From the NCBI RefSeq assembly GCF_036321535.1, contig NC_087437.1, forward strand, positions 68,698,001 through 68,762,000: 64,000 bases of DNA. The letters run 5' to 3'. Below, one piece after another: positions 38,260 through 50,859 of the stretch (position 1 is its first letter; every line of letters starts with the position of its first letter). Both the position numbers and the translations under genes were made by a program. The notes under the pieces were generated by a model. It made no database searches. It was not told the origin of the DNA and saw only the letters and a program-made list of their open reading frames with translations. The stretch is from Camelus dromedarius (Eukaryota).

Positions 38260-39200
38260 AATTATTTTTTTAATTTATTTTTATAAAGGTGATTAGAGAT
38301 TAGAGATTCATGTAACTAGAGAAAATTAAAGTGTAGCCAAGTAAAATAACTTCCTCTCCATCCCTGGTCTCATCTGCTTCGTTTCTCTATGCAGTCACGA
38401 ATAACCATTTTATTAGTTAGTATGTATAAGTGTACTTTCACATTTTTTTGATGTGTATACAAACAAACATGAATACACAGCATTGGATACATTTTACATA
38501 AAAAGGCAAATATTCTGCTATTTTGCACAATGTTTTGCATCTTGCTTTTTTTTTATCTAAAAGATTTTCTGAGCTCTAGATCATGTATATCAGTGGCTGC
38601 AAAGCTACTGCATTCAACTTTGCAGCTACAGATTATCTCACTATATGGATTTCCACTATCTGTAGAGCCAGTTCATTTAGGTTGTTTATAATTTTTATGT
38701 TATTATAAACAGCAGTGGAATGAATAATTTCATACTAAATCTTTGTTTACATGCACCTATATCCATAGGGTAAATCCTTTGAATTAAGATGGCTATGTCA
38801 CTGAGTATATTCATTTATAATTTTGATAAATATTCTCAAGTAGCCCTCAATGAAAGCACTTACAAGAATATAGGAAAATGTCTATATCTACAGACTCACC
38901 AAGGTACTGTTAACAAACTTTTGGATTTTATCAGTCTAATAAGGCTTTTTAAAAAGTAAGGTTAGGCATCTTTTTATATATTTTATATATTTTATATATT
39001 TTTTATATATTTCTATTTCCTTTTTAATTAACTGTCTATGTATGTGGCCTTTCCCATTTTTCTGTTGGATTGTGAACCTTTTTCTTGTCAATGTCTTCTT
39101 GGAGTCCTGCATTATTAGACAGGTTAGCTTTTTGTGATGAGTCGCAAGTATTTTTCCCCTTGTTTGTCTTGTATCTTTAGAGAAGTTTTTCTTTATAAAA
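38260..39200 (-). mobile_element. Old L1 fragment (L1ME-type)
   Basis: ttttgcatcttgctttt...catttaggttgttt...ggttaggcatctttt...cccattttttctgttggattg. Confidence 0.7.
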
Positions 39201-40049
39201 GTTGCACAAGTTTGTTGTTATAGGCTACCATCCAGTTAGGAATTGTTCTAATGAATTTAACTGAAGGCGGTGTATTCTGGAGCGGTAGATTTTTATCTCA
39301 GTCCTGTGAACCCTCAGGGTTCCACAACGCATGTCTATGGAGTTTCTTGAAATACAGTACAATAATGATTTAGATGTGAAAAATGCGTATGTTCCGTCTC
39401 CATCAGGCCACACCGCAAAGCTACACTCAATGGTAGAATATCAAAACATAAATATATGTCAAATTGACACAACTTGGAAAACTACCAGTCTTGTCAATAA
39501 GTCTCTGAAATACGGGAATAAGGGTTTTAGATTTATTTCATTTCAAATCCTCCACGTTTGTGTCTGAATATTTCTCTGGACCAGTATTTATCTTTTTAAA
39601 AAAGCATTGAGCTTTTTTAAAAAAGAAACTTTATGAGGAGCCCTGAAGTGGCGCTTCTGTGGTTGAGAGTAGGATGTAGGCCATGGTAGGTCGTAATTCC
39701 TCTACCTCTTCCTTATCTCTGCTTTCTCTTCCTTGTCATCTTCCCCTCCCTACTAGCAACTGACTCACTCAGGTGGACTCTAGGACCCCACTGATGCAGT
39801 TTCAAAGTCATGGCTCTAGTCTACCTCTTCATCCTAAGAATAATGTAATGCCAACTCTTTTTTTTTTTTTTTTTTTGTAAATATTCAGAAACATTTTTTT
39901 GCTTGTGTACCCCCAAATCTCTCTAACCTTGCTTCATGGAAATTGTTTAGGTATAACTGAAATTACATATTCTATATAATTATCTTCTTAATCTATTTTT
40001 ATTAGGAATGGAAATATCTCTAGAATAAACAGATTCATAACATTTCTAG

Positions 40050-40560
40050 AGGTTTGGCTGGGGGAATCTTTCAGGCTACGACAGAAAGCCTCCACCGATG
40101 GAGGAATTGCTTCTCCAGTATCTCTAGCTCACAGTCACTCAGTCTAATCATATAGAATTAACTGCCCCATGAGCAGCTGCTTCCATTTTGTTTCAGGTCT
40201 CACTCTTGGGAAGTTTCTTCTCATATTGAACCTTCTGGGGCTTCTACTCATTAATCTACCCTTGATTCTCTAGAGCTATGCAGAATAAGATTCACTTTTC
40301 TTCAACAAGGACAAATATTTAAAGACTGTTATCATATCCCCCTCCCCTCCCATTCTCCCATTTTCTGTTCTCCAAAGTAAACTTTGTTGATCCTTCCACT
40401 GTATTTCAAACCGGGGAGACCTCTCACATTCCTGATTACTGTCCTCCAGACTCACTTCTGTGTGTTGATCACTAGTTTAAAGAGCAGCAGTACCAAAGGA
40501 ACATAGTACTGTAGGTGGGGACTGGCCGGTGTGAAGACCGTGAGATTGGGTAGTCCCCGA
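40050..40560 (-). mobile_element. L3/CR1 LINE fragment
   Basis: aagtttcttctcatattgaacc...atatttaaagactgttatcatatcccc...ttctccaaagtaaac...gaacatagtactgtaggtgggg. Confidence 0.6.
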
Positions 40561-40865
40561 GGTCTTGATAGTGTCTTTTCTGTCCTGTTCCTCTTTCACC
40601 CTTTTTGACTCTTTAATTGCCTTGATCTCTGAATCATCCAAATTGTCAAGGAAAGTTTAGTCCATATAGAAGGCATCCTAGCCTTTTAAACTGGAAGGGT
40701 AGCTAGTGATTGTTTAGTCCAACTGATTCATTTTAAAGATGGAGGAAAAGTTTAACAGAACAGGAGAACTTTCTGAAATGTTCACATCTTCCTTAACTGT
40801 TGTATACAGTCGAGCATTATGTCTTTTAACAGTATCTGAAATAGAACACTCCCCCCAATGCCATA

Positions 40866-41367
40866 TGTGGTAGGCAGAATAATGACCCTCTAAAGGTGTC
40901 TAAGCCCCATAATTTTTTAAAATATATTACTTCACATCACAAAATAAGACTTTTCAGATATGAGTAAAGTTCAAAATCTCCACATGGATTGATGATCCTG
41001 GATCATCTAAATGGGTCCACTCTAATCATATGAATCCCTAAAAGGGGAGAACCTTTTCTGGCTGTTGTCAGAAGAAAATGGACAGAGTAGTAAGCATCAA
41101 AAAATCTGCAACTTTGCTGGCTTTGAAGGTGCAGCAAGGGGGCCAGGAGCCAAGGAATGAGGCCAACATCTAGAAGGTAGAAAAAGCAAGGAAACAGGTT
41201 CTGTCCTAGAGTTTTCATAAATGAATGCAGTCCTACCAATAACTTGATTTTAACCCAATAAGGCTGTAACCCATTTTAGACTTCTAACGTACAGAATTTC
41301 AGTGTGTAGTGTATTAAGCCACCAAGTCTGCGATAATTTGTTACAGCAGCAATAGAAAACTAATACA
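40866..41367 (+). mobile_element. MLT1D-like MaLR solo LTR
   Basis: tgtggtaggcagaataatgaccc...tttgttacagcagcaatagaaaactaataca; TG...CA ends; near-TSD ccata/ccaga. Confidence 0.92.
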
Positions 41368-41999
41368 CCAGAACAGCCCAATACTAAGCCAAATGCATTC
41401 ACAGCTTTTTGAGCCTCAAGCATTAAAAATATGCAGCATGTGCAAAGTATTATGGAGCCAAATTTGCTTTCTTTGATCACCATATCTTCATAATGAGCTA
41501 GGCTCTTTTAGAAATTGCATTGATAACTCAGGGTACCAGTTAGTTGTTATTGCTTCAGTGTGTTAGCTGTTACCCTGCTGCTGATGGCTTAAATCTCCCA
41601 AGTCACTCCCAGGGAATTGCTTCTGTATTGAGAAAAGTATCAATTTGCATTAATCTTTCATATTCTCATTTTTAGAAAGCATGTTTGTAGAGTATTATGG
41701 AACCCTCTGTTTTACTCCTGGGTTCACATGGCATTCCCTTCCAAAATAAAGGCCAGTTTATACTAAATAAATATGTCTCTAAATCAAGTTAGAGTTCTGT
41801 TAATTTAGTAAATCCTTGGACACAGCACAATTTTTCCTGAGAAGTTGAGAGCAATGGAGAATCCTATGGGGCCTTTTACCAAAAACAAGGTTTTGCTAAC
41901 GCACTGCCACCTGAATACTCACTCCAGCCATGAGCTTACAGCAGGAATGTGGTTGTGGCCTTGAGTTGTCTCTCAGAGAAAAATAAGACTTATTAGTTA

Positions 42000-42228
42000 G
42001 TTAGTAATTATTTTGTACTAGGTAAGGGGCTAACTTCTGAACACATATTTCTACATTTAATCATCAGAACCATATGAAAATGATATTATGAAACCCTGTT
42101 TTGTAGATGAGGAAACAGACTCAATGAGAATAAGTCTTTTATTCAAACTCTTTACAACTGTTGAAATGGGACTCACATCATGGCTGCTCTGACCCCAGAG
42201 CTCACCCTGTTTCTACATGCTGCCTCCG
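42000..42228 (-). mobile_element. MIR SINE
   Basis: catttaatcatcagaacc...ctgttttgtagatgaggaaacagactca...ctgaccccagagctc. Confidence 0.75.
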
Positions 42229-42239
42229 TGGATGTGTGT

Positions 42240-42355
42240 GCTGATCACACCTTTTTGGGTTATTGTAGCTCTGTTCCTTTCACCATTCCACAGTCTCTGG
42301 AACATGGTGGAAATTTAGCAAGGTTTATTGAATGGATGGATGAGTGAATGAATAA
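42240..42355 (+). mobile_element. L2 3' end
   Basis: cacagtctctggaacatggtgg...tttattgaatggatggatgagtgaatgaat. Confidence 0.65.
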
Positions 42356-42852
42356 TTCTTGAAGCACAGAGAGAGGGAATGAAGAACTTGTGCTTGGATC
42401 TTCACAATAGTGTCTGGGAAAGCTGGTATTTAAAAGAAGTCATTATGAAGATCTAATTAAGCTCAAAGAAAATTAAAGCAAAAAAAAACCCCCAATTTTT
42501 AAAAGATACTATATTTTTACGTGTAATTTTCTTATACCTGGATTTCACCCTGTCTCCTCCAATCCTGTAAATACACGCACACAAACACATATACATTTGG
42601 TTAATGATTTGATTTAAAGGATGGTACATGCCTTTGTAAGAGACCAATTCCTTGCCCCATTCAAAGTACATAAATGAGAAGGTTCTTCGGGCAGAGGGAG
42701 AGAAATCTATCCTACAAAGTAGATAGCCTTTAGCATTAACTTTGGAGTAGTCCTTGACACAATGCTGAATCATTAAGCTGCTATAAATTTTGTGTGACAG
42801 GTAAACTTTGGAGACATTAAAGAAAAAAATTCACCAGACTGAACCTTCTTAA

Positions 42853-43070
42853 TGCTGTGTTTTTCAAACTGTTTGACTGATTTTTAGTATCAGCATGCCC
42901 CCTTTTTTAGACAGTTTAATCAGAACCTAGTATATAAAACAGATAAAAGAAGAGGAGCTGCTTTGAATGAAGTGGGAAGGAGGGACCCAGGCCCCCCATG
43001 CTCAAGTCCAACTCCAAGTTGCCTCCACTGAAATCTAAGTGCTCTTAAAAGCCCAGTGTAAAAACTGCTA
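42853..43070. mobile_element. hAT-Charlie-type MITE
   Basis: ctgtgtttttcaaactg ... cagtgtaaaaactgct inverted termini. Confidence 0.5.
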
Positions 43071-43679
43071 TATTAGTAATTTTATCCTTTTGCAGAGTTC
43101 TTTAAACTATAATGAACAGTTGGAAAGTGTCGCATAGGATTTGCTGTGGGATGACCTTTATCATTTGAATTATGTAAATGTATGTATATTTCACCAGTAT
43201 AAATTAAATACTTGGTATTTCTAAGGTTGTTTATTTTATGATTTTTTTTTTCCTGGAGATCCCAGGAATCAGAGTGAGATGCCTATTCCCAGATAGTGAC
43301 AATCTGGGTCACGTGGAGATTTTAGGACATGGGCCCTATTTTTTATGTAATGTGTCTGACACTTAGAATGGACACACACACAGGAGAAGATCCTATACAC
43401 AGGAAGTTCTTATACACAGGAATTTCTCAGTACTGATTTGTTGGTTGGATGGTTGAGGTCAGACCCCTTGTTCTATAATGAACAACATCAAGAATCAAGT
43501 TCAACAGTGAATAAATATCTTTCTAATACAATTATAATTGATATGACTTTCTACCATTTTGTTATTTGTTCAATATTAAAATAAAATAAAATAATAGAAT
43601 TTAAGGCAGATTTCAGCTATAGCTTTTGGGAATATTGGCTGAATACTAAAATAAAATGAGACATCCTCTAGCTAATTTC

Positions 43680-43910
43680 AACTATTTATTGAGCAGTTCC
43701 TAAATGTCAAAAACCATCCATTGGCTTATTAGGCATTATATCACAGATCCTCACAATAACCTTGACAGAAATCATAATTATATTCCCATTTAAAGGAGAG
43801 AAAACAAACTAAGAGAAGTAATGTGTCCAAAGTCACCAAGTTTATAAATGTTGATGCTAGGATTTGAGGTCAAGTCTTCTCAGCTCTAGAACCCTGTGTT
43901 CTACAGTTTT
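43680..43910 (-). mobile_element. MIR SINE
   Basis: tatttattgagcagttcctaaatgtca...atcctcacaataacct...tgtccaaagtcacc...aggatttga. Confidence 0.8.
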
Positions 43911-44189
43911 CCTGCTGAGTTTAATGCATAATTTGTGAAGAATTCAGTGTTCTATTTTGACTTGAGCCATGCTTGGACTTACCATTATGCCAACCAACAG
44001 TGAGCAAACCTCCATTAGCTCAAAGAGCACATCTGGTCCTTTCTTATGATCAAAACGTATTGTCTGTTATCCCAACCACGGGGAAAGTCTTAGACCTTGG
44101 TAAGCCAATTGCTTACCTTTTTTCTCTCATATTACATTCTCTTTCCATAGAACTGAGACCTACTTATATTGGATTTTAATGCAAATTCT

Positions 44190-44892
44190 TTTTTTTTAAG
44201 TTTAACATTTTTTATTGAGTCATTTTACATTTAACATTTTATTACAGTCATTTTACAATGTTGTGTCAAGTTTCAGTGTAGAACACATTTTTTCAGTTAT
44301 ACATGAACATACAGACATTCATTGTCACATTCCCTTTCGCTGTGGGCCACCACAAGATCCTGTATGTATTTCCCTGTGCTACACAGTACAATCTTGTTTA
44401 TCTGTTCTACATTTTGAAATCCCAGTCTGTCCCTTCCCACCCCCCATCCCCTGGCAATCACAGGTTTGTATTCTATGTCTATGAGTCTGTTTCTGTTTTG
44501 TGTTTATGTTTTGTTTTGTGTTTTGTGTTTTTGTTTTTGTTTTTGATTTTGCATATAAACGGCCTCATGGTATTTTTCTTTCTCTTTCTGGCTTACTTCA
44601 CTTAGAATGACATCCTACAGGAACATCCATGTTGCTGCAAATGGCATTATGTTGTCAGTTTTTATGGCTGAATAGTATTCCATTGTATAAATATACCACA
44701 TCTTCTTTATCTAGTCATCTGTTGATGGACATTTATGCTGTTTCCATGTCTTGGCTATTGTAAATAATGCTGCTATGAACTTTGGGTGCAGGTGTCATCC
44801 TGAAGTAGGGTTCCTTCTGGATATATGCCCAGGAGTGGGATTCTTGGGTCATATGGTAAGTCTATTCCTAGTCTTTTGAGGAATCTCCATAC
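44190..44892 (-). mobile_element. Younger L1, non-inverted 3' part (ORF2 end + 3' UTR + tail)
   Basis: T-tract at 44189; ...ccatgttgctgcaaatggc...cccaggagtggga...ttgaggaatctccatac. Confidence 0.93.
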
Positions 44893-45625
44893 AGAAATGA
44901 ACCCACAAACTTTTGGTCAGCTAATCTTTGACAAAGGAGGCAAGAATATACAATGGAATAAAGATAGTCTCTTCAGCAAATGGTGTTGGGAAAACTGGAC
45001 AGCAGCATGTAAATCAATGCAGCTAGAACACTCCCTTACACCATACACAAAAATCAACTCAAAATGGATCAAAGACTTAAACATAAGACAAGATACAATA
45101 AAATAAACCTCCTAGAAGAAAATACAGGCAAAACATTAACTGACATACATCTCAAAACTGTTCTCCCAAGCAATAGAAATAAAAGCAAGAATAAACAAAT
45201 GGGACCTAATTAAACTTACAAGCTTCTGCACTGCAAAGGAAACCATAAGTAAAACAAAACAACAACCTACGGAATGGGAGAAAATTTTTGCAAACAATGA
45301 AACCGACAAAGGCTTGATCTCCAGAATATATAAGCAGCTCATACAACTTAATGAGAAAAAAACAAACAACCCAATCCAAAAATGGGTAGAAGACCTAAAC
45401 CAGCAATTGTCCAAGGAAGAAATACAAATGATCAATAGGCACATGAAAAAATGCTCAATATCACTAATTATCAGAGAAATGCAAAGCAAAAGTACAATGA
45501 GGTGTCACCTCACAGCAGTCAGAATGGCCATCATTCAAAAGTCCACAAATGACAAATGCTGGAGAGGCTGTGGAGAACAGTGAACCCTCCTACACTGCTG
45601 GTGGGAATGCAGGTTGGTGCAGCAC
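44891..45625 (+). mobile_element. Inverted 5' part of the same L1 (ORF2)
   Basis: [35 protein letters not shown]...[30 protein letters not shown] ttaatgcaaattct (44176-44189) / ttagtgcaaattct (45626-45639). Confidence 0.93.
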
Positions 45626-48600
45626 TTAGTGCAAATTCTGATGTATATTTTTGTGAATCTCAGGCTTAGACCGTTTGACAAAAGACGTGGTGCCCATTAT
45701 TTTGAAAACCCAGCTGTATCACTGGGTTCACTTCCATTTAATCCCTTCACAGGCAAGAAAACGATGGCATGTCTTTGCCAGTCTCCCCACTGTTCCCATG
45801 GATGATGAAGCTACTCCCCAGTTGTACTGAAACTCAGAAAACTCATTAACTACTGTAGCAGCAGGACTGCAATGGCAGTGGAGTGCACCTTCGGGAGATT
45901 GGGGGACGATGGTGGTGCCTGCCAAAGAGAAATGGCAGCAATACTAAAGTGATCCCTAAAGTGGCAGCTGCCTGTTTTGCTACTTAATGCCTGCATGGAA
46001 GGACAGGGGAACTTTATTTAAACAAGTGAACTCAGGGGAACCAGTACATTCCCACAGCCTTACATCACTGTGGAAGGCAAATGTGCCCACCAGAGCCAAA
46101 CAACACTCATTACTGCCTTTCAGACTCCATGTTGATACTTAATACCCTGCAACTGGGGCAAAGTTTATTGAGCTAATCAAATAATGAGAATGGTGCCTTT
46201 CACATTACTTAAAAGCATCACACTCACAAAGCCAGCCAACAGAGGAAGGAGAAGTGGTACGAGAGTACAAGATCATCCCAGGAAGCACGACCTTGTAATT
46301 TTTTCCTCCTCTCCCCCGCTGCAAGACACACCAGATTTCTCTCTTGTGTCTTCACACACTTAAGAGTATGTGGGTGGTGAGCAATCTGTTGTGGTGCCTG
46401 AGGAGTGTGGAGCTGCATCACTTGGGGCAGTGTGAGTGGTGGAAGGAGGCCAGCATCAGAGACGTGGCAGGAGCATCTCACAGGGTGTTTGAAGGCTGGA
46501 ATTTTTTATTGTCATTTGCCAAAAGAATAAAAGGGTTTCATCTCTATATTGAGCTGTCCTCACATAAAATCTAAATCTGAGTTTAAACTCAAACCCTCCT
46601 TGTCTCCCTTTTCCCCCACTCATCCTCCATTTTATTTCGCTAAGCTTTGTAAAATCTCTTGTCCCTCTTGTTTTATAAACTTCCTCCTAACCAGGGACAT
46701 CTCCTCACCCCTTTGAATTGCACAAATATTTGCAGTGCTTTACCAAATTGGCCTCCTTGCCTGGCTTTGGTTAGCAGAACACTGCCTGTAGCGATGGGAG
46801 CTTCTGGTCCCTGGCACCTCATTCCTGACAGGCTGAAAAAACAGGTTAGAAAGTGTTCCTTTAACTGAGAGACCAGCCATGCTAAAAATAAAGCAACTAA
46901 AATGTAATGACATTCTCCATACAGATTTGCAGCAGGCTAATGGACAGCCTATTTTGATCTTTTTAAAACAATATTTTATTTTATTTTTCAGGCTTTGGAA
47001 TTGTTGCAACTTATGAAAATTAGCTTGTACTGTGTTCCCAATAGGGCCTAACAAACAGATTGCTCAGGGGCCTGGAGTCATAGGGAATAAAAATGTGTTT
47101 TCAACATGTCTTAAAGAAAATAATAGAAGACAAAGGAAAACTCTTTTAAGAAGCAATGCATGCCTTTCTTCTTTAGAAAAATCACTTTAGCAATGATTAG
47201 GAAAAAAAATTACCAGAATAAAGTGAATCTCAAGCAAGAGGCACTTACGTATTTTAGGTTACATGAAAAAAAAATGTAGAAACACCTGCAGTGGCAGATT
47301 TTTTGTTGTTTTGTTTTATTTGGGGGAATTTTTTTTCTTTTTCTTTTTTTTTTTTAGAAAAAGCAGCCCATTTAAAATAGAGGTTTATAAGTAACTTATG
47401 AAATCCCTCACAAATCAATTCTCTGATAATTTTTTGGATGTAGACACTGGCTTAGAGTTTCTATAATTAGCAGCTGTTTTTAAAGTGGACCATCTTCAGT
47501 CATGTAAAGAAGTGTCCAAGAAAATAGGACCTTGGCCAGAATTGACACGAGGCCACTTTCTCTTCTTCACCACAGAGAACCAGATATTAAAAACAAAGCA
47601 AAATTTAAAAAACAAATAATAAAACCTCCAAAAAACAAACAGAACACACCAGGAAAGATAAGGGAGTTGATAGGGTCTTTATTCTTTTTTCTGCTTTCTT
47701 TTCATTTTATTTGCTCCAACTCTAAAATAATATCAGCAGTTGGTAGCAGGAGACAGCTCTAGTAAGACATGATGACAAAGTGAGAGATACTTTTCTTTTT
47801 TTGCTTTGATGGACTTATAATGTTGAATTTATGGTGAAGTGTCTGTTTTAATTATTTTATTTTAGTAAGCATTTATTTTAATTTATAATTAGTTATGATC
47901 ATTCTTAAACTCTCTCCAAGTTCATACATCTTTCAAATGTGGGGACCCACTTGGTTTTGAAGGAAGAAGAGAATAGTGTGGAGAGAATAATGATGAGGCA
48001 GTCTTGCTCTCTGCAGACAGCTGAGAATCCAGATTCCCTATAGCAGGAAAACGTTAAAGGAACAGTTCTTTTGACAAAAAGAGGAATAAGGCCGTGTTGA
48101 AGATGACTGATGAATAAATAGGCTCATGGGACCTTTCTCTGTGGAGTTCTCTACCAGTAGTTATGGGACGCATGTTGTTGATGATGTCAACTCCCTGCTG
48201 ACAAGAGGACCATCGACTCTTATACATTTGTTGGCCAAGCATCATCTTACGGTGGGATTTGTCAGAGTACTTTCCTCTGGGGTATAGATTGAAGATCTGA
48301 TTGAAGATCTTCGAAGTGAAAATATTTCTGGAACCATTCTGTGTCCTTTATAGTTCTTTTATTTTTCCAAGTAAGGAGGGAGAGTGAATTTCTCGGCCAC
48401 AATTATTTACCTGTTAATGTTGCATTTCCTTGCTAAGGGAGGGCTGGGGAAGGCTGGCTTTCTGAAGGGCTTTCCATAAAATACTGGATGGTTGTATATT
48501 GCTACCCTCTAGCACTTGGCTTTTAATTTTTACATATGAATTATGAAATGCCACCTCTCCTAGCAACTGCCAGGAGCTGGGAACATTAATATTGATGTCC

Positions 48601-50044
48601 AGAAAGGTTGGAAGTTCAGTTGCAGGATGATTTAAAGATGAGAATTATCAGAGATAGTATCAGAGTAAGTAAATCCACTATGCAACATGCCTACCTTTTT
48701 ACCCCAAATTTTAAGTGAATTTTTTAAAAGAAAGAAAAATCAACAACATATGAGCTGAGCCCACTGAGTCTAGCATAGAGATGTTTCCCTCTTCCCACCC
48801 ACACTCACCTCTCGTCATAAACTTGTCTGATTGGCATGAGCTGAATGCAGCAAGGTGTGTGTTGCCGCACTGAGTGACGGAAAGAGAGAAAAGGGGAAGA
48901 AAAGGGAGGAACAGGAGAGAGAGGAGCAGGGCAGATTTGGACAGGATATGAGTTCCCAATATTATAACCACCTCAGTGTACAGAAGGCAAACCAGTGCTT
49001 TTGATGTTTGGGAACCATCTGCTAAGCCTAAGGCAAATTTCACATTAAAACCCCATTTCAATGTTGTGACCTAAAAAGAAGGAGAAATGCTGTGGTTCTG
49101 AGTGAATAAACTTTCAATGTCTTATCCCTCCCCTTTGCATTGCGAAGTGAAGCTTCTGGGGTGGAGGACTTTGATAAAACCAAAGCCACTGGGGGCAAAC
49201 ATAGAGTCTTAGTCCCCTGGCCGCCACTCTGAGATTTGCACAGCTGAGGCCATGTCCACAAGCCAGGCTTCAGCCCTGATATGAGGAATAATTGCAAGTC
49301 TGCTCAACCAGCTCGCACGCAGTGGAACAGAGCATTGCTTCTCTTCCGTTTTTGAACATGACTCCACTTCCCACAGTTTGATTTTCCACTAAGCACAAAG
49401 TTTAGGAATCCTCATGTCTTTATGGGAACTCCAAGAATAGTTTTTCTTCAGGAAAACCAAAACCAAAACCCACAACCAAGAAATGAAGACCGAAGTAGAC
49501 TTGGTTCTAAATTCCCTTTTAATATATACTTTCCTTCAAGACCCCTCCCTTCCCTCTTGGGATTAAATAAGGGTAGATCACAATGTTTCTGACGTCTAAG
49601 GATTCTAATCACGTCAAGGAGAAAAATCCAAAGCAGTAGAAACTGTATAAACATACTGTGGTTCTACAGCTTGAATAAATTAGTACATAGATGTGCACAT
49701 GCAAAATGTCTTTCAAATGGGAGGGTGAATCAGAAACGTCTTCATGGAAAAGGTGAACGTTCTAAAGAATGGAAGGGATGTGTTTTAATGATGCAAAATG
49801 GAGGACTTGAGCATCATAAGTGAACCCTTCCTCACCGCCTGCTGAAACTTTGCTTGGCCCTTGCATTTGCCAGAGTGCATGAAAGAAGATGGGGGGCCCT
49901 AGTTCAGTGTCACATTCAACCGGACAGCACAGCATCAGCAGAAGTAACATGTAGCTGAAATGTTTGAAATGATTGGAGATGTTCCTATTAGCGGCTCGTC
50001 TGTTTTAGTACCTGCAGAGAGAAACTTGCCAAATTCCCCCATAG

Positions 50045-50192
50045 ACCATTGCTTCCCAGACATGACTATGTGAGTGACTGGGGGGTCACGCTAAGATGCA
50101 GATTCTGATTCATTCGATTTGGAATAAAACCTGAGCACCTGCATTTCTAATAGAGAGATGGTCTGTGGATCACAGTTTAAAAAGCACAAGTA
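50045..50192. mobile_element. MER5-like hAT MITE
   Basis: cattgcttcccagac...agatgcagattctgattca...ctgcatttctaa...ggtctgtggatcacagttt. Confidence 0.7.
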
Positions 50193-50859
50193 TAGATCCA
50201 ACAGTGAATTCCTTTATATAGCTCTGAAAATTACCATATCAAAATGGTTTGTGTGTGTGCATGCCCGTGTTAGGCTACTGATTGGGATGGGGTACGAAAA
50301 TTGTCAAGCCAGATGTCTCCAGAAAGCATGAGCTGGCTTGGAAGAACTATACATGGAGTCTGTAGCATTTGGAATCCTGGTTCCCCTGATTAAACAATGG
50401 CATTTCATTTGGGTCCACGTCAGGAAGTTTTGTACAGGGGTATTGGTGACATTTTTAGGGTTCTTTTTTCCCCCTCATATCTCAGTAGAGCAAAACTTGG
50501 ATTGCATTATTAGATGCATTATGACTAAAAATTATATTTCCTTTTCTGTGGCAATAAAAATGTGTTCAAAACCCCTTCAGAATTCACTGCTGCACATTTG
50601 CTGCAGTTTCTGCAAAGGTGATTCAAGGTCTTTTACAAATATGTATAGGTCTAGTAGTAAGGGATTCTATTTTAACAGCTCTTTCAAAGCCTGGTTGCTA
50701 AGCTTTTCTAGGGTTTTATTTCACAGTATAGTATTTTTGTTTTTGGTTTTGTTTTGTTTTGTTTGCTTTTCTACTGTTTCAGCATTCAGTGGTTCTATAA
50801 GGACTTACTGAAGACTTACTTTGTGCAGAAAAACTCCTGCAATCTAGAAAGATGCACAA

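Larger units (their letters stand above)
44150..46000 (+). pseudogene. PIF/Harbinger (HARBI1/ALP1-like) DDE transposase fossil interrupted by L1
   Basis: With the L1 removed and frameshifts allowed: YWILMQILMYIFVNLRLRPFDKRRGAHYFEN...DGMSLPVSPLFPWMMK...INYCSSRTAMAVECTFGRL/GRWWCLPKR...VIPKVAAAC/LLLNAC, matching Harbinger motifs in order and spacing. Confidence 0.8.

Noticed and set aside
43973..44145. Possible N-terminal Harbinger motifs (AQRAHL ~ IDGTHI; YPNHG ~ YxNRKG)
   Set aside because: Similarity too weak and spacing wrong to claim by eye
44825..45583. ORFs of 89-117 aa with protein-like sequence
   Set aside because: L1 ORF2 fragments and antisense frames; one spans the inversion junction
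48054..48340. About 95-codon open frame on the minus strand in unique DNA
   Set aside because: No known motif and no clear splice signals; a coding exon cannot be supported without a search
50338..50811. Longest ORF (157 aa)
   Set aside because: Non-ATG start, low-complexity Phe/Leu-rich tail from T-rich DNA, no recognisable domain
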